Of a stretch of DNA of 64,000 nucleotides, positions 38,521-47,828 are shown one piece after another. The stretch's first letter is position 1; each line of letters starts with the position of its first letter. The notes under the pieces were generated by a model. The model ran no database searches. It saw only the letters and a list, made by a program, of their open reading frames with translations, and was not told where the DNA came from. The translations under genes and the position numbers were made by a program. Source of the DNA: Candidatus Latescibacterota bacterium (GTDB lineage Bacteria; Latescibacterota; UBA2968; UBA8231); assembly GCA_965203355.1 (NCBI GenBank), contig OZ241889.1, positions 2,080,001 to 2,144,000 of the forward strand, written 5' to 3'.

Positions 38521-39489
38521 TTGAGTTCTTTAGCCATGATTGAACAAGATTTCCATACCGAAGTCCTTTCCTCCGTATTGGCGACCAATACTCGTATTGC
38601 CTATGAGAAAGGATGGTCTCGGTTTTGCGACTACTGCACAAAAGAGCATATAGACGACCCATTATTGGCTTCCCCGGAACTGGTGGCACGTTTTCTCGTG
38701 CATAGCGCGACAAGGCCAAGCGAGCAAAGCGGTACCGTGCTATCTATGGGTACCGTGACGCTTTATAAGAGTGCCATCAACAAGAAATATACCGACGCCG
38801 GAAAGTCCTCCCCGACCAATCACCCCGTGGTCCGTGCCAGCCTCAAAGGGTTGGCCCGGCTCAAAGGGACCGCACGTCGTCGAGTAGAGGCCCTGAGAGA
38901 ATACCATATTCAAGCCATGCTTTCCCAATGTGCTGATACGACCATCGGTCGGCGCGACGCCGCCATAATGGCCCTTGGTTTCGCCGGTGCGCTACGACGC
39001 TCAGAAATATGCGGCCTAACTGTAGAGGATTTTGACTTCTTGGACCCCAACGAGGAAGCCAATCAGCGCATGTTTCTTACCATCCGCCGCTCCAAAACGG
39101 ATCAAGAGGGGAAAGGACAAACGATCGCGATCTTGGACGGCCGGGTGATCCGGCCCGTTCATCGGCTGAAAGTGTGGCTTAATGCGTCGGGGATCACACA
39201 CGGCCCCTTGTTTCAGACGATGAAACGGGGCGGCCATGTGCAGGGTAAGCCGCTGCACCATTCCGATATTCCACGCCTAGTCAAGCACTATGCGGCACGG
39301 ATTGGACTGGACCCCAAAGAAGTAGCCGGGCATTCCCTGCGGGCCGGTTTTGTCACCAGTGCCGCCGTGCATCGCGCCCGACTCGACAAAATCATGGCCG
39401 TCACCCGCCATACGAATCCGGCCACAGTCATGCAATACATTCGCGACGCCGATTCATTTACCGACCATGCCGGTGAAAATTTTTTATAA
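38521..39489 (+). CDS. Tyrosine recombinase, Cre-like
   Basis: RDAAIMALGFAGALRRSE (R), SKTD (K), HSLR, TRH, MQY (Y). AAGGAG RBS precedes the TTG start. Confidence 0.92.
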   Translation: MSSLAMIEQDFHTEVLSSVLATNTRIAYEKGWSRFCDYCTKEHIDDPLLASPELVARFLVHSATRPSEQSGTVLSMGTVTLYKSAINKKYTDAGKSSPTNHPVVRASLKGLARLKGTARRRVEALREYHIQAMLSQCADTTIGRRDAAIMALGFAGALRRSEICGLTVEDFDFLDPNEEANQRMFLTIRRSKTDQEGKGQTIAILDGRVIRPVHRLKVWLNASGITHGPLFQTMKRGGHVQGKPLHHSDIPRLVKHYAARIGLDPKEVAGHSLRAGFVTSAAVHRARLDKIMAVTRHTNPATVMQYIRDADSFTDHAGENFL

Positions 39490-39559
39490 GTTTGTTTCGG
39501 GCACTTTCGCTACCTTTGGGGCGTTAGTCCAACGGCATTGTCCATGTTCACGGCGTAAA

Positions 39560-39925
39560 TCCCGGGAGTCCTACTACGAATGCCTCCGGCTTAGCTCACA
39601 GCACTGGCACGACGGCAAACACGAACTAACGCCTTGGTTTAACTTCCTCTTCGCGATAGTCCGCCGCGCTTACGTCGAGTTGGAGGAACGCGCCGATCAG
39701 ATCAAGGCTCCGCGGGGTACTAAGTCCGACCGGGTACTCGCCGCCATCCGCGCCCAACCGGGCGCATTCCGCCTGAGTGATATAGAGCGCGATTGTCCCG
39801 GGGTGGGCCGCGAGTGGATTCGCACCCTCTTTGCGGAACTAAAGAAATCCGGCGACCTGGTTTGTAGCGGTCGCGGCCCGGGTGCGCGCTGGCGTTTTCG
39901 CGGGAATAAGGGTAGTAATACTTGA
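39560..39925 (+). pseudogene. C-terminal remnant of a Fic-family protein
   Basis: SRESYYECL..SSQHWHDGKH..PW and a winged-helix-like tail ending GRGPGARW, which I recognise from Fic proteins. The catalytic HPFxxGNGR region is absent. Confidence 0.55.
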
Positions 39926-39950
39926 GTAAGGGGAGTAATAAGGGTAGTAA
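39907..39950 (+). repeat. Three copies of 12-mer TAAGGG(T/G)AGTAA
   Basis: 39907-39918, 39927-39938, 39939-39950. Confidence 0.7.
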
Positions 39951-40041
39951 CTGAAGTGGCGAGCAGCAATATCCGCGCTAAAATCTGCGCCGAGTTGTCT
40001 GTTTTTCCGTATATTATCATAGCAACAGGTAGAGGTTTAAT

Positions 40042-41436
40042 ATGAAAATAAGCGTGAAAAACCTAGGCGTTCTGAAACAGGCGGAATTTGAGCTGGGCGA
40101 GTTGACTCTTATTTGCGGCTGCAATAATACGGGCAAAACCTACGTGACGTATGCCTTGTTTGGCTTTTTATGGCACTGGGAGCGTTTGTTAGAAGCCAAG
40201 ATTCCCAATAGGACCATCGAGGCTTTACTAAAGAACGGTGTAACGCGGGTTGATATTGAGCCCTATGCCATGAAAGCAGACGACATCCTTAAACGAGGTT
40301 GCCTAGAATATACCCGGAATCTACCGAGAGTCTTTGCCTCGAAACAGAGCCGCTTCAAAGGTGCCAAATTCCAAGTGGCTCTTAAGCCAGCAAAGATGTC
40401 ATCGATAAAGAACCGTGATTTTGAACGTAAAGTACAATCTGCTGAAGACGATATTCTCTTGCTGTCCAAGGCTAAAGGAGAAAAGGACTTAGTGGTCTCA
40501 CTGCTGATGGAGAAGGGGAAAAGAGCATTGCCTTCTGAAATGATTGAGGCAGTAATCTCAAGAGGAATTATTGAATTACTCTTTGGCAAGTTTCTCCCTC
40601 AGCCTTTTATTGCCAGTGCAGAACGCACTGGAGCGGCAATTTTTCGTAAGGAATTAAATTTTGCCCGGAACCGTTTGTTGAAAGAAATGATTCGGTCGGA
40701 TAAGAACATCGACCCGATGGAATTATTGTTTAAGTCCTATCAAGACTATCCCTTGCCGGTCGAAGTAAATGTAGACTTTATCCGGAAACTTGAAGATATT
40801 GCTAAAGAAGATAGTTTTCTTGTCGAAAAGCATCCACAAGTCCTGGATGACTTCGCTGCTATCGTCGGCGGAGAATACGTCGCTGGAAGTAATGACACGA
40901 TTTACTTCAAGCCCACACAAAAACAACTAAAACTGACAATGGACGAAAGTTCCAGCGCGGTACGTTCCTTGCTGGACATTGGCTTTTATTTACAGCACGT
41001 CGCAAAACCTGGCGATCTGCTGATGGTAGATGAGCCTGAATTAAACTTGCACCCGGAAAACCAGCGTCGCATGGCTCGGCTCTTCGTGCAGTTGGTTAAT
41101 CTGGGTATCCGCGTCTTCGTGACCACACACAGCGATTATATTGTTAAAGAACTAAATACCTTGATCATGCTTAATCAGGGCAAGCCCTATCTGAAGAAAA
41201 TCGCCGAACAAGAAGGTTACCAAGCCGAAGAGCTTGTAGCCGCTGAAAAGATCCGGGTCTATATCGCAGAAGAAGCATTGATGGAACAAAGGGAAGAGAG
41301 TAGGAGAAGTCAGTATCAAACACTTGTTTCGGCCAATATAGACCCAGAGCTGGGGATTGAAGTACGCAGTTTCGACCAGACGATCAATAAAATGAATGAG
41401 ATTCAGGAAGCCATTGTGTGGGGCGGAGATGAATGA
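40042..41436 (+). CDS. ABC-type (AAA_15/AAA_21) ATPase, putative defence
   Basis: GCNNTGKT, AERTG, SSSAVRS signature, MVDEPELNLHP, TTHS. Confidence 0.85.
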   Translation: MKISVKNLGVLKQAEFELGELTLICGCNNTGKTYVTYALFGFLWHWERLLEAKIPNRTIEALLKNGVTRVDIEPYAMKADDILKRGCLEYTRNLPRVFASKQSRFKGAKFQVALKPAKMSSIKNRDFERKVQSAEDDILLLSKAKGEKDLVVSLLMEKGKRALPSEMIEAVISRGIIELLFGKFLPQPFIASAERTGAAIFRKELNFARNRLLKEMIRSDKNIDPMELLFKSYQDYPLPVEVNVDFIRKLEDIAKEDSFLVEKHPQVLDDFAAIVGGEYVAGSNDTIYFKPTQKQLKLTMDESSSAVRSLLDIGFYLQHVAKPGDLLMVDEPELNLHPENQRRMARLFVQLVNLGIRVFVTTHSDYIVKELNTLIMLNQGKPYLKKIAEQEGYQAEELVAAEKIRVYIAEEALMEQREESRRSQYQTLVSANIDPELGIEVRSFDQTINKMNEIQEAIVWGGDE

Positions 41437-42032
41437 TGTCGGACTTTGACATATTACGGGATTTGATCCGGGATGAGGCATTGGCCTCGGTTGAGGATGA
41501 ATACGGCAAGGAGACTATTGTCCTGGAGGAACCTGGCAATCAACAACAATCAGCATATTCTCTGAAGATACGCAACGTGCCGGACGACTTTATCGCGTTC
41601 AAAATAGATGCTTTTCCGGCTCCAAGAAAAATCTTTAAAAACGATAAAGGAGAATGTAAACGGGCTGATTTTGTTATTATTGCCAGTGATGATAAGATAA
41701 ACTGGATTATTCACATTGAAATGAAAGGTGGCAACACAGGTTCGGGAAAAGAGATCAAGCAACAATTACGCGGGGCACGATGTCTCGTTGCCTACTGCCG
41801 CGCCATTGGTCGAGAATTCTGGCAAGAACCGAATTTCCTCAAAGAAAAAAATTACCAACAGCGTTTTATTAGTATTAAAAATATTCGGATACCAAAACGG
41901 CCAACACGGCCAGATTCAAAATCCGGTCAACACGACATGCCGGAAAACATGCTGAGAATCGACGGGTTGGCTAAAGGGAAATTACAATTTAACGAACTGG
42001 TCGGAAAAGCCTTAAAGAGACAAGGCCCATGA
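41433..42032 (+). CDS. Putative PD-(D/E)XK nuclease-fold protein, partner of the ATPase
   Basis: KRADFVII..HIEMK..IKQQL pattern. Translationally coupled to the ATPase. Confidence 0.55.
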   Translation: MMSDFDILRDLIRDEALASVEDEYGKETIVLEEPGNQQQSAYSLKIRNVPDDFIAFKIDAFPAPRKIFKNDKGECKRADFVIIASDDKINWIIHIEMKGGNTGSGKEIKQQLRGARCLVAYCRAIGREFWQEPNFLKEKNYQQRFISIKNIRIPKRPTRPDSKSGQHDMPENMLRIDGLAKGKLQFNELVGKALKRQGP

Positions 42033-43039
42033 CCACCCTATTCGTCACCGGCGGCGCCGGCTTCATCGGCTCCAATTTTATTCGCTACTGGCTATCGACC
42101 TATCCCGACGACCGCATCGTCAACTACGACTTGCTCACCTACGCCGGCAACTTGGCCAGCCTGCAAGACGTGGAAGAAAGCTACGGCGACCGCTACACCT
42201 TGGTCCGCGGCGATATTCAAAATGTCGATCTGACCCGCCATCTCTTTGCGATCCACCGCCCCGACTACGTGGTCAACTTTGCCGCTGAATCGCACAACAG
42301 CTTGGCCATTGTCAATCCCTCGGCCTTTTTCCAGACCAATGTCGTGGGGACGCAAAAGCTGTTGCAGGCCGCGGCCGACGCCCAAGTGCCGCGCTTCCAC
42401 CACATCTCCACCTGCGAGGTGTACGGCGATTTAGCCCTGGACGCGGACGAGTCCTTCAGCGAGGAATCGCCCTATCGGCCGCGCACCCCGTACAACGCAG
42501 CCAAAGCCGCGGCCGACCTGGCTGTGCGCGCTTATGGCAACACCTTTGGCTTGCCGGTGACGCTGTCGAACTGCGCCAACAACTTCGGCCCCTATCAATT
42601 CCCGGAGAAAGTCATTCCCTTCTTCGTCGTGCGTCTGCTCACCGGCCAGAAGATGCCGCTGTACAAATCGAGTCAGAATCGCCGCGAGTGGCTCCACGTT
42701 GATGACCACTGTCGGGCCATTGACCTCGTGCTAAAAAAAGGCGAAATCGGCCAGACGTACAACGTTGGCAGCGGCATTGAAAAAGACGTTGAAACCATTG
42801 CCGACCTCATCCTCGACGCTTTGGGGATGGATGCCGGGCACAAAACCTACGTCGAAGACCGGCCCGGCCACGATCGGCGCTACCTACTCGATTCGCGCAA
42901 GATTCGCGCCGAGCTAGGTTGGCAACCGCAAGTCGATTTTGCCGCTGGCTTCCGCGATACGGTCCACTGGTACCGCGACAACGCAGCTTGGTGGCGTCCC
43001 CTGCTCAAGAAAATCCAAGTCCGCGAAGAGAGCTGGTGA
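42029..43039 (+). CDS. rfbB: dTDP-glucose 4,6-dehydratase
   Basis: [42 protein letters not shown]. Confidence 0.93.
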   Translation: MTTLFVTGGAGFIGSNFIRYWLSTYPDDRIVNYDLLTYAGNLASLQDVEESYGDRYTLVRGDIQNVDLTRHLFAIHRPDYVVNFAAESHNSLAIVNPSAFFQTNVVGTQKLLQAAADAQVPRFHHISTCEVYGDLALDADESFSEESPYRPRTPYNAAKAAADLAVRAYGNTFGLPVTLSNCANNFGPYQFPEKVIPFFVVRLLTGQKMPLYKSSQNRREWLHVDDHCRAIDLVLKKGEIGQTYNVGSGIEKDVETIADLILDALGMDAGHKTYVEDRPGHDRRYLLDSRKIRAELGWQPQVDFAAGFRDTVHWYRDNAAWWRPLLKKIQVREESW

Positions 43040-43044
43040 AGACC

Positions 43045-45027
43045 ATGAGTACTGATTCCTTTGCCGCAATCGTCGGCGAGACCGATGAGAAAATCTATCA
43101 AGTCCGCACGCGCGCACCCGGCCCCAGCGGCAAGCTGCCGTTGACCATTGAGCAGGTCGTCGAAGCGCCGAGCGGCCACATCTTTGGCTACAGCCAAAAC
43201 GCGGGTATGGGCTGGGACCCCGACGAGTTGGGGCGAGGCGAGTTCCTCATCGTCAGCACGCAGGGCGGCATCCGCGCCCCAGATGGCCGGCCGATCGCGC
43301 TGGGCTACCACACGGGCCACTGGGAAATTGGCCTGCTGATGGAGGCCGCAGCCGAGGAAATCCACCGCGGCGGCGGCATTCCCTTTGCCGCTTATTGCTC
43401 AGACCCATGCGATGGCCGCTCGCAGGGCACAACGGGCATGTTCGATAGCCTGCCGTATCGCAATGACGCGGCCATGATCCTGCGCCGCTTGATCCGCTCG
43501 TTGCCAACGCGGCGCGGCGTGATGGGCGTGGGCACCTGCGACAAGGGCTTACCGGCGGTCCTCATCGCCCTCGCGGGTACGCCGGACCTGCCGGTCATTG
43601 TCGTGCCCGGCGGCGTGACCCTGCCGCCAGAAGAAGGCGAGGACGCGGGCAAGATCCAATCGGCGGGTTCGCGGTTGGCGCGGGGCGAGTTGGATATCGA
43701 CGACTTTCAGGTGCTCGGCTGCCGAGCCTGTGCCACGCCCGGGGGCGGTTGCCAGTTTTTGGGGACTGCGGCCACGACTCAAGTTGTGGGCGAGGCGCTG
43801 GGGCTGTCGCTGCCGCATTCGGCGCTGGCGCCTTCGGGAGAAGCGGTCTGGCGCGATATGGCCGTGCGCTCGGCGCGGGCCCTGATGGCGCTGGAGGCGG
43901 CCGGCATTCGCTCGCAGGAGTTGATCACCGATCCGGCGCTGCACAACGCCATGGTCGTCCACGCGGCCTTTGGCGGCTCGACGAACTTGATCCTGCACGT
44001 GCCCGCCATTGCCCATGCGGCCGGTCGCAAGCGGCCAGCAGTGGGGGATTGGGATCGGATCAATCGCGCGGTGCCGCGCTTGGTCGATGTGCTGCCCAAC
44101 GGCCCGGAGTTCCACGTTACGGTGCGCGCCTTTTTGGCCGGTGGGGTGCCGGAGGTCATGTTGCACTTGCGCCGCTTGGGGCTGTTGGAAGAGGACGCGA
44201 TGACGGTTACGGGCCGGACGCTGGGCGAAAATCTCGACTGGTGGGAGCAGGCGCCGCGCCGGCACCGCTTCCGCGAGGAACTGCGAAAGCTAGACGGGGT
44301 GGAGCCAGCCGACGTGATCATGGACGCCGATCGCGCCCGCGCCAAGGGCCTGACCAGCACCATCTGTTTCCCGGTCGGCAACCTCTCACCCGAGGGCTCG
44401 GTCGTCAAAAGCACGGCCATCGACGCGGCGCTGCTCGACGCGCAAGGGGTCTATCGGCACACCGGGCCGGCGAAGGTTTTTACCACCGAACGCGATACTA
44501 TCGCCGCGATTAAGAACGGCCAGATCGAGCCGGGCGATGTCTTGGTGATGATTAGTTGCGGGCCGATGGGCACGGGGATGGAGGAAGTGGCGCAGGTTAC
44601 GATCGCGCTCAAATACACGGACGTTGGCCAGCGCGTGGCCCTGCTCACAGACGCGCGGTTTTCCGGGTTTTCCTCGGGTCCTTGCATTGGGCACATCGGC
44701 CCGGAGGCTTTGGCTGGCGGGCCGATCGGCAAGCTGCAAGACGGCGACTTGATCGCCATTGAAATCGACTGCCAGAGCCTGCGCGGACGCATCGATTTGG
44801 TCGGCTGCGATGGCGCGGAGTTCGGCGCGGAGGAAGGCCAGCGGGTGCTGGCCGAGCGCCCCTTGCGCCCCGACTTGGCGCCCGAAGCAGCACTGCCCGA
44901 CGACACTAAGCTGTGGGCGGCACTGCAAAACGTCAGTGGCGGCACTTGGGGCGGTTGCGTCTATGATGTAGAGGCGATTGTCGCCGCGCTCGAAGCGGGC
45001 CGCAAAGCCCTAAAGGAGGCGTTGTGA
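43045..45027 (+). CDS. YjhG/YagF-family D-xylonate dehydratase (IlvD/Edd family)
   Basis: [41 protein letters not shown]. Confidence 0.88.
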   Translation: MSTDSFAAIVGETDEKIYQVRTRAPGPSGKLPLTIEQVVEAPSGHIFGYSQNAGMGWDPDELGRGEFLIVSTQGGIRAPDGRPIALGYHTGHWEIGLLMEAAAEEIHRGGGIPFAAYCSDPCDGRSQGTTGMFDSLPYRNDAAMILRRLIRSLPTRRGVMGVGTCDKGLPAVLIALAGTPDLPVIVVPGGVTLPPEEGEDAGKIQSAGSRLARGELDIDDFQVLGCRACATPGGGCQFLGTAATTQVVGEALGLSLPHSALAPSGEAVWRDMAVRSARALMALEAAGIRSQELITDPALHNAMVVHAAFGGSTNLILHVPAIAHAAGRKRPAVGDWDRINRAVPRLVDVLPNGPEFHVTVRAFLAGGVPEVMLHLRRLGLLEEDAMTVTGRTLGENLDWWEQAPRRHRFREELRKLDGVEPADVIMDADRARAKGLTSTICFPVGNLSPEGSVVKSTAIDAALLDAQGVYRHTGPAKVFTTERDTIAAIKNGQIEPGDVLVMISCGPMGTGMEEVAQVTIALKYTDVGQRVALLTDARFSGFSSGPCIGHIGPEALAGGPIGKLQDGDLIAIEIDCQSLRGRIDLVGCDGAEFGAEEGQRVLAERPLRPDLAPEAALPDDTKLWAALQNVSGGTWGGCVYDVEAIVAALEAGRKALKEAL

Positions 45028-45650
45028 GCGGCAAGCAAATCGTCGTCGGCGTTACCGGAGCGAGTGGGGCGCTCTACGCGGGCCGCCTCCTGCGTGCTCT
45101 GCTGATCGGCGGGCACCACGTGCATCTGGTCCTATCCAAATACGGGCGCTATCTGCTCGTCGAAGAGTTGGGTTTCCGTCCCGATAAGGAGAGCTTGCGC
45201 TCGTTTATAACGCGGTGCTACGGGGAGGAGACCCAAGCAGGTGAATTGTGCGAGTACAACGCCAGCGACCTAGCGGCTCCCATCGCCAGTGGTTCGGTGG
45301 CCGTCGACGGTATGGTGGTGGTGCCTTGTTCGGTCAAGACGCTGTCGAGCATTGCGCGCGGGGCCGCTGCGAGCCTGATTGAGCGCGCGGCCGATGTCAG
45401 CCTCAAGGAGCAGCGGCCCTTGGTGCTGGTGGTGCGCGAGACGCCGCTCAACCTGATTCAGTTGCGCAATATGACGGCCGCCGCCGAGGCCGGGGCCATC
45501 ATGCTGCCGGCCATGCCAGCCTTCTACCAAAAGCCGCAGACCTTTAGCGATTTGGGCGATTTTATCGCGGGCCGCGTCTGCAACGCGCTGCGGATCGAAC
45601 ACCAACTCTTCCCGCCTTGGCCGGGGCCAACCGGAAAAAAGCAACCCTAA
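45024..45650 (+). CDS. ubiX: Flavin prenyltransferase
   Basis: [34 protein letters not shown]. Confidence 0.93.
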   Translation: MSGKQIVVGVTGASGALYAGRLLRALLIGGHHVHLVLSKYGRYLLVEELGFRPDKESLRSFITRCYGEETQAGELCEYNASDLAAPIASGSVAVDGMVVVPCSVKTLSSIARGAAASLIERAADVSLKEQRPLVLVVRETPLNLIQLRNMTAAAEAGAIMLPAMPAFYQKPQTFSDLGDFIAGRVCNALRIEHQLFPPWPGPTGKKQP

Positions 45651-47110
45651 ATCAGCGACGTTAGCTGGGTGCGAAACAACGCGCGCGGCAGCATGGCTTC
45701 GATCAGGCGACCTTCCTCTTTGGCAATGGCGCGACAGACGGTCCACGGTCCAAAGCGACAGAAAATTTCGCCTTTGAGGCTGGTGGGCGGATCGCAGTAG
45801 AGTGGACGCCCGGCGAACAAGTCTTGTAGTTGAGGCCAGTTCAGCTCGACGCTGGGGCCCTGCATGAGATGTCCCCACAGGGCAACGGTTTGCTGGGACA
45901 GGTAGTGGTACCCTTTGTGGGGGCGGGCCACCTTCATGCCGCCGCGAACAAAGTGGGGCAGATGCGCTTGGATGGCCGGCCCGAGCGCCGGTTGTCGGCA
46001 TAGGTGGCGGTTGCTGAGGGTAAAGATCTGATCCGAAGGGCAGGGCAAGGTGCCACTCCACCGCGCTTCGATGGCGCGTCTGGACTCGGCGGCCGCGGGA
46101 TCGGTCGTTGCGAGCTCCCAATCAGGGGCGTCTTCGAGGCTTGGCGTTGGCGTGCGTTTGGCAAGGCGCGCGACGAAAGCCCCTTCGGTGTCGTGGTGGT
46201 GGGGCCAAATGCGGACACAGCGGGCGAACTCGGCCGGGAATTGGCGGGCCAGCGCATCCGGTAGCGGCGGTCCGGCGGGCGCGGCGATGGGGAGGATCGC
46301 GACCTCTTCCTTGTAGCGGCGCAACAGCCCGAGCAGCACTTCTTCGTTTTCCTCCAGCGAGAGCGAGCACGTCGAATACACCAAGGTGCCGCCGGGGCGG
46401 AGCATCCGATAGGCGGCGTATAATAACCCCTTTTGTTGCTGGGCGAGGTTTTGGGCGTCTTGCGGCGACCAGTAGGCGAGCATGTTTTGGTCTTTGCGCA
46501 CGATGCCGTCGCCCGAGCAAGGCGCATCGACGAGGACGCGGTCGAAAAAGTTGGGAAAGTAGCGCGCCAGCATGGTCCCTGGGGCTTGAGTCAAGACGCA
46601 ATTGGCCACCCCGCAGCGCTCCAAATTGCCCACGAGAGCAGGCATGCGCTTGCGCTGGAGTTCGTTGGCTAGTAGCAAGCCGCTGTTCTGCATGTGCGCG
46701 GCAATCTGAGTGGCCTTGCCGCCTGGGGCGGCGCACAGGTCGAGGACGCGCTCGCCGGGCTGGGGGGCCAAGACCTCGACCGCTAGCATGGGGGCCTTGG
46801 CTTGGACGTAATACGCGCCCATAGCGTGTTCGAGGGTCTGGCCGAGGCTGGCGTCGCTTGCCGGCCAAGCGAAGCCCTCGCTGCACCAAGGTACGCTTTG
46901 GCCGCGTTGGCGGACGTAGGGTTGCACGTGTTGCGCTTGGGCTTGAAGCGGGTTCAAGCGCAGCGAAATGGGGGGCGGCGTACGCGCGCATTGATAAAAG
47001 GCCGTGCGCTCTGGGTCGTTGGGCAGCAGGCGACCGAGGTACTGGAGTAGTGCCTGTAACTTATCCGGGTCGTACGCTTTGCGCCTAGGTGGGGTTGTCT
47101 GTTTATTCAT
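45647..47110 (-). CDS. RsmB/RsmF (NOL1/NOP2) RNA m5C methyltransferase
   Basis: DLCAAPGGK, LVDAPCSG, YSTCS..ENE. Start taken at MNKQ (47110). Confidence 0.88.
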   Translation of the reverse strand: MNKQTTPPRRKAYDPDKLQALLQYLGRLLPNDPERTAFYQCARTPPPISLRLNPLQAQAQHVQPYVRQRGQSVPWCSEGFAWPASDASLGQTLEHAMGAYYVQAKAPMLAVEVLAPQPGERVLDLCAAPGGKATQIAAHMQNSGLLLANELQRKRMPALVGNLERCGVANCVLTQAPGTMLARYFPNFFDRVLVDAPCSGDGIVRKDQNMLAYWSPQDAQNLAQQQKGLLYAAYRMLRPGGTLVYSTCSLSLEENEEVLLGLLRRYKEEVAILPIAAPAGPPLPDALARQFPAEFARCVRIWPHHHDTEGAFVARLAKRTPTPSLEDAPDWELATTDPAAAESRRAIEARWSGTLPCPSDQIFTLSNRHLCRQPALGPAIQAHLPHFVRGGMKVARPHKGYHYLSQQTVALWGHLMQGPSVELNWPQLQDLFAGRPLYCDPPTSLKGEIFCRFGPWTVCRAIAKEEGRLIEAMLPRALFRTQLTSLI

Positions 47111-47153
47111 CGGGCGGTTATTCAATAATATAATAAGGCATACAGCAAGGAGC

Positions 47154-47828
47154 ATGGGCGTCACACGCTGCTTCGTCGTCAGCGATTTGCATCTCGGATC
47201 GGCTTACTTTTACCATCGCCACTTTTTGTCTTGGTTGGATGCTTTGCCTAAAGGGGTGCCGCTCGTGCTCAACGGCGATGTCATAGATGATCCGGGCCAA
47301 GCCCTGCCCGCCGCCCATCGGGCCGTGCTGGAGCGTCTCGTGCGCGAGTCGCAAGCCCGGCCCGTGGTTTGGGTGTGCGGCAATCGCGATGCTGAGTTTA
47401 AGCTGGCTGATTCCGGGCAGATTTGCTGGGTTGATAGCTGGCGACTCGACCAGCGATTGCTCGTAGTCCACGGCCATCGGCTCGACCGGCTGATGCCTAG
47501 GCATTCGGCGTTCAAGTGGGCCTTCCGCCGCTTGCACCGTTGCCGCATTTGGTTGGGCGGGCGCGATGCCCACGTAGCCGAGTACGCCAAGAAATGGCCT
47601 CTGTTCTACCGGGTGCTCAACGAGCACGTAGCGCGCAATGCCCTGCGCATGGCGCAACAGGTGGGGGTTGAAGCCGTAGCCTGCGGGCACACCCACGCGG
47701 CCATGGCGATTGAGCGACAGGGCCGCTACTATTTCAACACCGGCGCTTGGACCGAAAAACCCTTTCACTTTCTCGAAGTGGCCGCGGACCGCATGACCCT
47801 ACATACATACGAGGACGATTGTGATTAA
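47154..47828 (+). CDS. Calcineurin-like metallophosphoesterase (LpxH-like)
   Basis: SDLHLG, GDVID, GNRD, HGH, GHTH. Confidence 0.8.
   Translation: MGVTRCFVVSDLHLGSAYFYHRHFLSWLDALPKGVPLVLNGDVIDDPGQALPAAHRAVLERLVRESQARPVVWVCGNRDAEFKLADSGQICWVDSWRLDQRLLVVHGHRLDRLMPRHSAFKWAFRRLHRCRIWLGGRDAHVAEYAKKWPLFYRVLNEHVARNALRMAQQVGVEAVACGHTHAAMAIERQGRYYFNTGAWTEKPFHFLEVAADRMTLHTYEDDCD

Larger units (their letters stand above)
26276..42032. mobile_element. Defence/genomic island (R-M, Abi, recombinase)
   Basis: Cluster of defence-type genes, several visibly AT-richer than the flanks, with a tyrosine recombinase and gene relics. No att repeat identified. Confidence 0.7.

Noticed and set aside
39350-39925. 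191-aa ORF as an intact gene
   Set aside because: Its 5' part overlaps the recombinase in another frame; only the Fic-like C-terminal part looks genuine.
39907-39950. CRISPR-like array
   Set aside because: Units are only 12 bp with no spacers, and no cas genes are present.
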